A program made the translations under genes and the position numbers. From NCBI GenBank assembly GCA_041650915.1, contig JBAZKE010000001.1:611097-675096 (forward strand): 64,000 nucleotides of DNA, in the 5' to 3' direction. The notes below the pieces were generated by a model. It was not told where the DNA came from, did not search any database, and saw only the letters and a program-made list of their open reading frames with translations. Below, one piece after another: positions 60,095 through 64,000 of this stretch. Every line of letters starts with the position of its first letter. Within the stretch, counting starts at the first letter, position 1. This stretch comes from Patescibacteria group bacterium (GTDB lineage: Bacteria > Patescibacteriota > Patescibacteriia > UBA10025 > JAHIVO01).

Positions 60095-61104
60095 ATAGGT
60101 TGTGCCATAAGCGTATCGATTGCAGCTATAACATCTGATACACTGATTGATTCCATGCAAAGCCGGTCAGCGTAAGCGCATTTTTTTGCATCGCAAGGGG
60201 GATTGCATTTTTTTCGATTTATAATATTTCTGACAATTTTTGCATTGCTATTGTACGGATCCCACTGGAATGAAGAAGGGCCGCAAATTGCGATTTGGCG
60301 CTTTTTTAACGCAGCGCCAATCCACATTGGCCCTGAATTGTGGGTAATCAATAAAAATGCCTGATTGATAAACGCTGCTAATTCTTTAATGTTAAACTGA
60401 TCTATGAGATTGATTACCGCAGTGCTCTTTCGAATGCGTGAGAATACTTCATTTGCAATAATGCCATCGCTGCCTGCACCAATAAAAAAAATTTTATTGC
60501 TGGCATGGCGAGTGAGGTGATCAATGACTTGCGCCCATTTTACGCTTCCCCAGGAACGATTCAGATAACCCTGTTTATACCCGCAGTGGATAATAATTAT
60601 TCTATCTCCCGAGTTAATCTGGTGTCTGTATAAAATTGTATTGACTGTTTCATCCACGTTGCGCAGATCGAACGGCCATATCGGTTTCGCAGGGTCAATA
60701 CTATCGGCAATTCCGTCTTGACGGAGCGTTGAAAAGCCCTTTTCAATAATATTTTTATTACTGAAAATTTTTTCTTTAGAAACGAACTTTTTTTTAGCTT
60801 TGATGAAGCGTAGCAGCATTCTTGACTTATATGCCTGCGGAAACGGAGAAAAGAGGATGTCAAATCTCATCCTGCGTAACTGAATCATGCTTTTCCACAA
60901 TAATAAATTTTTTTTTCGTTTAATTTCAAAGAATGTATCAATTGACGGGTGAGACAAAAACAACTCCTGATGCGGAGTATCGGCCGCAATGTACTTTATT
61001 TCAGAATTGGGATACCGTTTTTTGATTGATTGTAATATCGGCGAAGCGACAATAAAATCACCTAAGCTATGAGACCAAACAAATGCGATTTTAATTTTTT
61101 GCAT
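60091..61104 (-). CDS. GT9 (heptosyltransferase family) glycosyltransferase
   Basis: SLGD, RSW...W, NSGPMWIGAAL, GP, C-terminal C.PPC...C...CM..I. Confidence 0.88.
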   Translation of the reverse strand: MQKIKIAFVWSHSLGDFIVASPILQSIKKRYPNSEIKYIAADTPHQELFLSHPSIDTFFEIKRKKNLLLWKSMIQLRRMRFDILFSPFPQAYKSRMLLRFIKAKKKFVSKEKIFSNKNIIEKGFSTLRQDGIADSIDPAKPIWPFDLRNVDETVNTILYRHQINSGDRIIIIHCGYKQGYLNRSWGSVKWAQVIDHLTRHASNKIFFIGAGSDGIIANEVFSRIRKSTAVINLIDQFNIKELAAFINQAFLLITHNSGPMWIGAALKKRQIAICGPSSFQWDPYNSNAKIVRNIINRKKCNPPCDAKKCAYADRLCMESISVSDVIAAIDTLMAQPI

Positions 61105-61111
61105 ATTCAAA

Positions 61112-61870
61112 TTAAGAACCCTGCTTTTTCAAAATGAAAATAAATCCAGGAGACAATGGCTTCAAGCATGCGTATACTCTTCGAGGAATTTTTGTCAGCA
61201 AGGAATTTGATTTAACAACATCCGTATTAAAAAATCTTTCCGGTTCAGAAAGCACCCGATAAGTGTAATCAATAACCGTGAACGGTGCAATAATTTTTTT
61301 TAAATTAAAGTATGATAAATGATTTTCATAATATTTTTCTCCTTTTTTTACACTTTTCATATAAAAATTCGCCAATGATTTTGGGAGCCATGACAAAAAA
61401 GGAAGGTGATAGTGGGGCTCCATTACTTTGAATCGGTTACCGGCTCCAAAATAGCAGATTCCATTCTCTTTTAATATCCGATAAATCTCACGCATTAATA
61501 TTTCAGATGACGGCACGTGCTCGTAAACTTGATTGCAGATGACAACTGAAATGGAATCATTTCGAAAGGGCAATCGCATCGCATCGCCGACTTGGTAATG
61601 AATATTTTTAGCACAGTTATGTTTCTTGCCATACTCCAGTGCTTGTTCATCAATGTCCACAACATAGACTTCTTTTGCCCGTTTGCTCAGCTCAACCGCT
61701 GTGAATCCCGCTGATCCACCGATGTCAACGCAGATTGAATTGGCCAGGCTGCCGCCCGTGCTATTAAAAAAATGTTCAATAATCGTAACAATTTTTTTTG
61801 CCTTATTGATGCGTACGTCTGGGTCAAGGACAGAGGAATTTACCGATGAAAATCGCTGCTGATATTTCAT
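61112..61870 (-). CDS. Class I SAM-dependent methyltransferase
   Basis: VDIGGSAG, GDAMRLPF, NQVYEHV, EPHYHLPFLSWLP. Confidence 0.9.
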   Translation of the reverse strand: MKYQQRFSSVNSSVLDPDVRINKAKKIVTIIEHFFNSTGGSLANSICVDIGGSAGFTAVELSKRAKEVYVVDIDEQALEYGKKHNCAKNIHYQVGDAMRLPFRNDSISVVICNQVYEHVPSSEILMREIYRILKENGICYFGAGNRFKVMEPHYHLPFLSWLPKSLANFYMKSVKKGEKYYENHLSYFNLKKIIAPFTVIDYTYRVLSEPERFFNTDVVKSNSLLTKIPRRVYACLKPLSPGFIFILKKQGS

Positions 61871-61914
61871 ACCTGCGCCAACCTAAACATTAAATCGCAC
61901 TGTAATAAGCCTAT

Positions 61915-63120
61915 TTATATGTATTTTTGAAAAACTTCAATAAAACGACTTGTCACTGAATCCCAGCTAAACTGGCGATACACGCGCTCTAAGCCATTTT
62001 GTTTTAGCGTATGCCTGAGCGGTGCATTATTCAAGAGCTCTATTACCGCATCGGCGATTGCCCGTGGCTGCTTTTCTGGAACGAGCATGCCTGTCATGCC
62101 GTTGGTAATGATATCCGAGATGCCGCCAACATCAGAAGCTACAACATTGACCCCTGAGGCGAGTGCTTCTAAGAAGACGACGCCGAGCCCTTCTAAGCCA
62201 TCTGATGTCGAAGGGCCGATAAATACGTCTGCCGTGGCAAAGTACGGCGGTAACTGACTATTGGGTAAGCTGCCAATAAACTTTACACTTTTTTTTATAT
62301 GGAGTGCATTAACAGCATCGTACAGCTGATCCTTGAGCACCCCATCTCCAATAACAACGAGTACCGCATCCGAATATTTTTCTAATATGCGCGGCATGGC
62401 TTCGATGAGGTATCTTACTCCTTTTTTTTCAGCAAGCCGCCCAACAAAGAGAAGCCAGGGTCCGGTAATATGAAGAGAAGCCCTCAAGCTCATCGACCGT
62501 TTCAAAGGGTTGAACGTCTCTACTGAAACGCCCATTGGTATGGTGGAAATCAATGCCCGCGTACTGGCATGCCCAGTCAGCTGACCGGTGGCCGTACTGT
62601 TGACCGTACATTCGCTGCAACGCGAAAGACAATATTGTATGAGGGAACGGCCGATAATTGAACGTGCTTGCAAAATATCATCACCATGGATAGTAACTAC
62701 AAAAGGAATGTCGGTGATTTTACTAGCCAACGCCGCTAAAAATCCTTGGGGGACGATCCAGTGGGCGTGGATGAGGTGTATACGCTCTCTGCGCACCAGC
62801 CGAACCGTGGCAAGGAGCTGAAATAAAAAAAGAAGCGGAACTTGGATATACAGCAGCTTATTTCTTTTTAAATTCGGCTGAATGCCTCCCCTATAGCACA
62901 GCTTCTGCAGCGATGCCGGCCAAAAATACTGGTACCGCACAACGGTTACCTCGCCCATCCGTTCTCTTTTCTTAGCCCCGTCATAGTGAGGTGCCATAAC
63001 CGTCACATCGTAGGTACTGGCCAGCCGGCGTGCGAGTTCAAAAACAAAGAGAGGCGTGCTATCTGATTCCCAGCGAGGAAATGTCGTTGTTGTAACTAAA
63101 ATCTTCCGTTTGTCCATCAT
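61915..63120 (-). CDS. GT4 glycosyltransferase
   Basis: TTFPRW, HAHWIVPQG, GRLAEKKG, EGLGVVFLEALASG. Confidence 0.93.
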   Translation of the reverse strand: MMDKRKILVTTTTFPRWESDSTPLFVFELARRLASTYDVTVMAPHYDGAKKRERMGEVTVVRYQYFWPASLQKLCYRGGIQPNLKRNKLLYIQVPLLFLFQLLATVRLVRRERIHLIHAHWIVPQGFLAALASKITDIPFVVTIHGDDILQARSIIGRSLIQYCLSRCSECTVNSTATGQLTGHASTRALISTIPMGVSVETFNPLKRSMSLRASLHITGPWLLFVGRLAEKKGVRYLIEAMPRILEKYSDAVLVVIGDGVLKDQLYDAVNALHIKKSVKFIGSLPNSQLPPYFATADVFIGPSTSDGLEGLGVVFLEALASGVNVVASDVGGISDIITNGMTGMLVPEKQPRAIADAVIELLNNAPLRHTLKQNGLERVYRQFSWDSVTSRFIEVFQKYI

Positions 63121-63135
63121 GATAGTACTTGTACG

Positions 63136-63999
63136 TCAACGAAGCGATCTATGATTGTAGTGCTGTTTCTTATTAAAGTACAGATTTTCTTCCTCAATCC
63201 TCCGTATTCTCCCCATCATATCCGCTATGAGAGCGAGAATAATGAGTAGAAAACCAAGTATCACAAAAACACCGCCAACGATGATTAATGATTGGAACGG
63301 TGCTGTATTGCCGGTTGCAGCCCAGTGAATAAATACAAATAACTCCACAACAAAACCGATGCCGATTAAGGCCAGCCCGATAATCCCAAAAAATTTCAGC
63401 GGTTTAAAATCTCTCATGGCGCGCAGCATGATGATCAGCGACCGAATACCGTACCGAATTACATTTTTTGCTACACGGGAATCACCATGTTCCCGCTGGC
63501 CGCGAATTTTCAGCGGTATTTCAATGACCGGGACTTTTTTCTGCACTAAATCGATAAACGTCTCTTGGGTATAGGTAAAATCACCAAAAAGATTTATTCG
63601 GAGTGCGGTATCATGGTTCATCGCACGAAAACCGCACGAAACGTCGGTAAAATGCTGCTTTGTGATGAAATTAATAATCCCGGCAACAAAATGATTACCA
63701 AATTTCTTGAAAAACGGCATTTTCGGCGTTAAACTTTTATCTTTAAACCGAGAAGCGGTAACAAAGCCGGCGATGCCATTGAGGATTGGCTGGATCAAGG
63801 CAGGTATGTCGAATGGATCAAACTGCAAGTCGGCATCCATATTGACGATAACGTCACCGCCATGCTTGAGCGCAGTCAAAACACCGGTTGAAAAAGCCGC
63901 GCCGACTCCCATATTAGTCGCATGGCTTACTACCGTAGCCCCCTTCTCACGCGCTAAAAACGCTGTTTTGTCCGTTGATCCGTCATCAATAACGATGAC
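63136..63999 (-). CDS. DPM-like GT2 with two C-terminal TMs (polyprenyl-phosphate glycosyltransferase); 5' end outside window
   Basis: The frame stays open beyond the listed ATG (VIVIDDGSTD); DADLQF, DVSCGFRA, PLKFF + 2 TMs. Confidence 0.88.
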   Translation of the reverse strand, partial: VIVIDDGSTDKTAFLAREKGATVVSHATNMGVGAAFSTGVLTALKHGGDVIVNMDADLQFDPFDIPALIQPILNGIAGFVTASRFKDKSLTPKMPFFKKFGNHFVAGIINFITKQHFTDVSCGFRAMNHDTALRINLFGDFTYTQETFIDLVQKKVPVIEIPLKIRGQREHGDSRVAKNVIRYGIRSLIIMLRAMRDFKPLKFFGIIGLALIGIGFVVELFVFIHWAATGNTAPFQSLIIVGGVFVILGFLLIILALIADMMGRIRRIEEENLYFNKKQHYNHRSLR

Positions 64000-64000
64000 T

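Overview
Dense protein-coding bacterial DNA in genetic code 11 (TGA is used as a stop). I found no rRNA, tRNA, CRISPR array or mobile element. The gene content suggests a Patescibacteria/CPR (Parcubacteria-like) genome, which is inference: pilC-M-N-O with no pilQ following, a CPR-style divergent PyrG, a TM-PEGA protein and few Shine-Dalgarno sites. Bases 1-9.5 kb hold type IV pilus assembly and housekeeping genes (rpmA, pyrG, rplI, acyP, S41 protease, murA). From about 9.6 kb to the end is a mosaic cell-surface glycosylation region of more than 54 kb. It encodes pathways for dTDP-rhamnose, a 2,3-diacetamido-uronic acid (WbpB/D/E/I-like), ADP-heptose (gmhA, hldA, gmhB, hldC, plus a GT9) and L-QuiNAc/L-FucNAc-type sugars. 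It also carries two Wzx flippases, about a dozen GT2/GT4 enzymes, three methyltransferases, makers of lipid-linked donors (a DPPR-synthase-like UbiA and a GT2+DUF2304 pair) and four GT-C-like membrane proteins. The most notable observation is an unannotated three-gene module that occurs twice: a 4-TM protein, a ~520-aa membrane-anchored surface protein and a GT-C-like enzyme. It is a candidate surface-protein glycosylation system. All family calls come from motif recognition by eye; no database searches were run.
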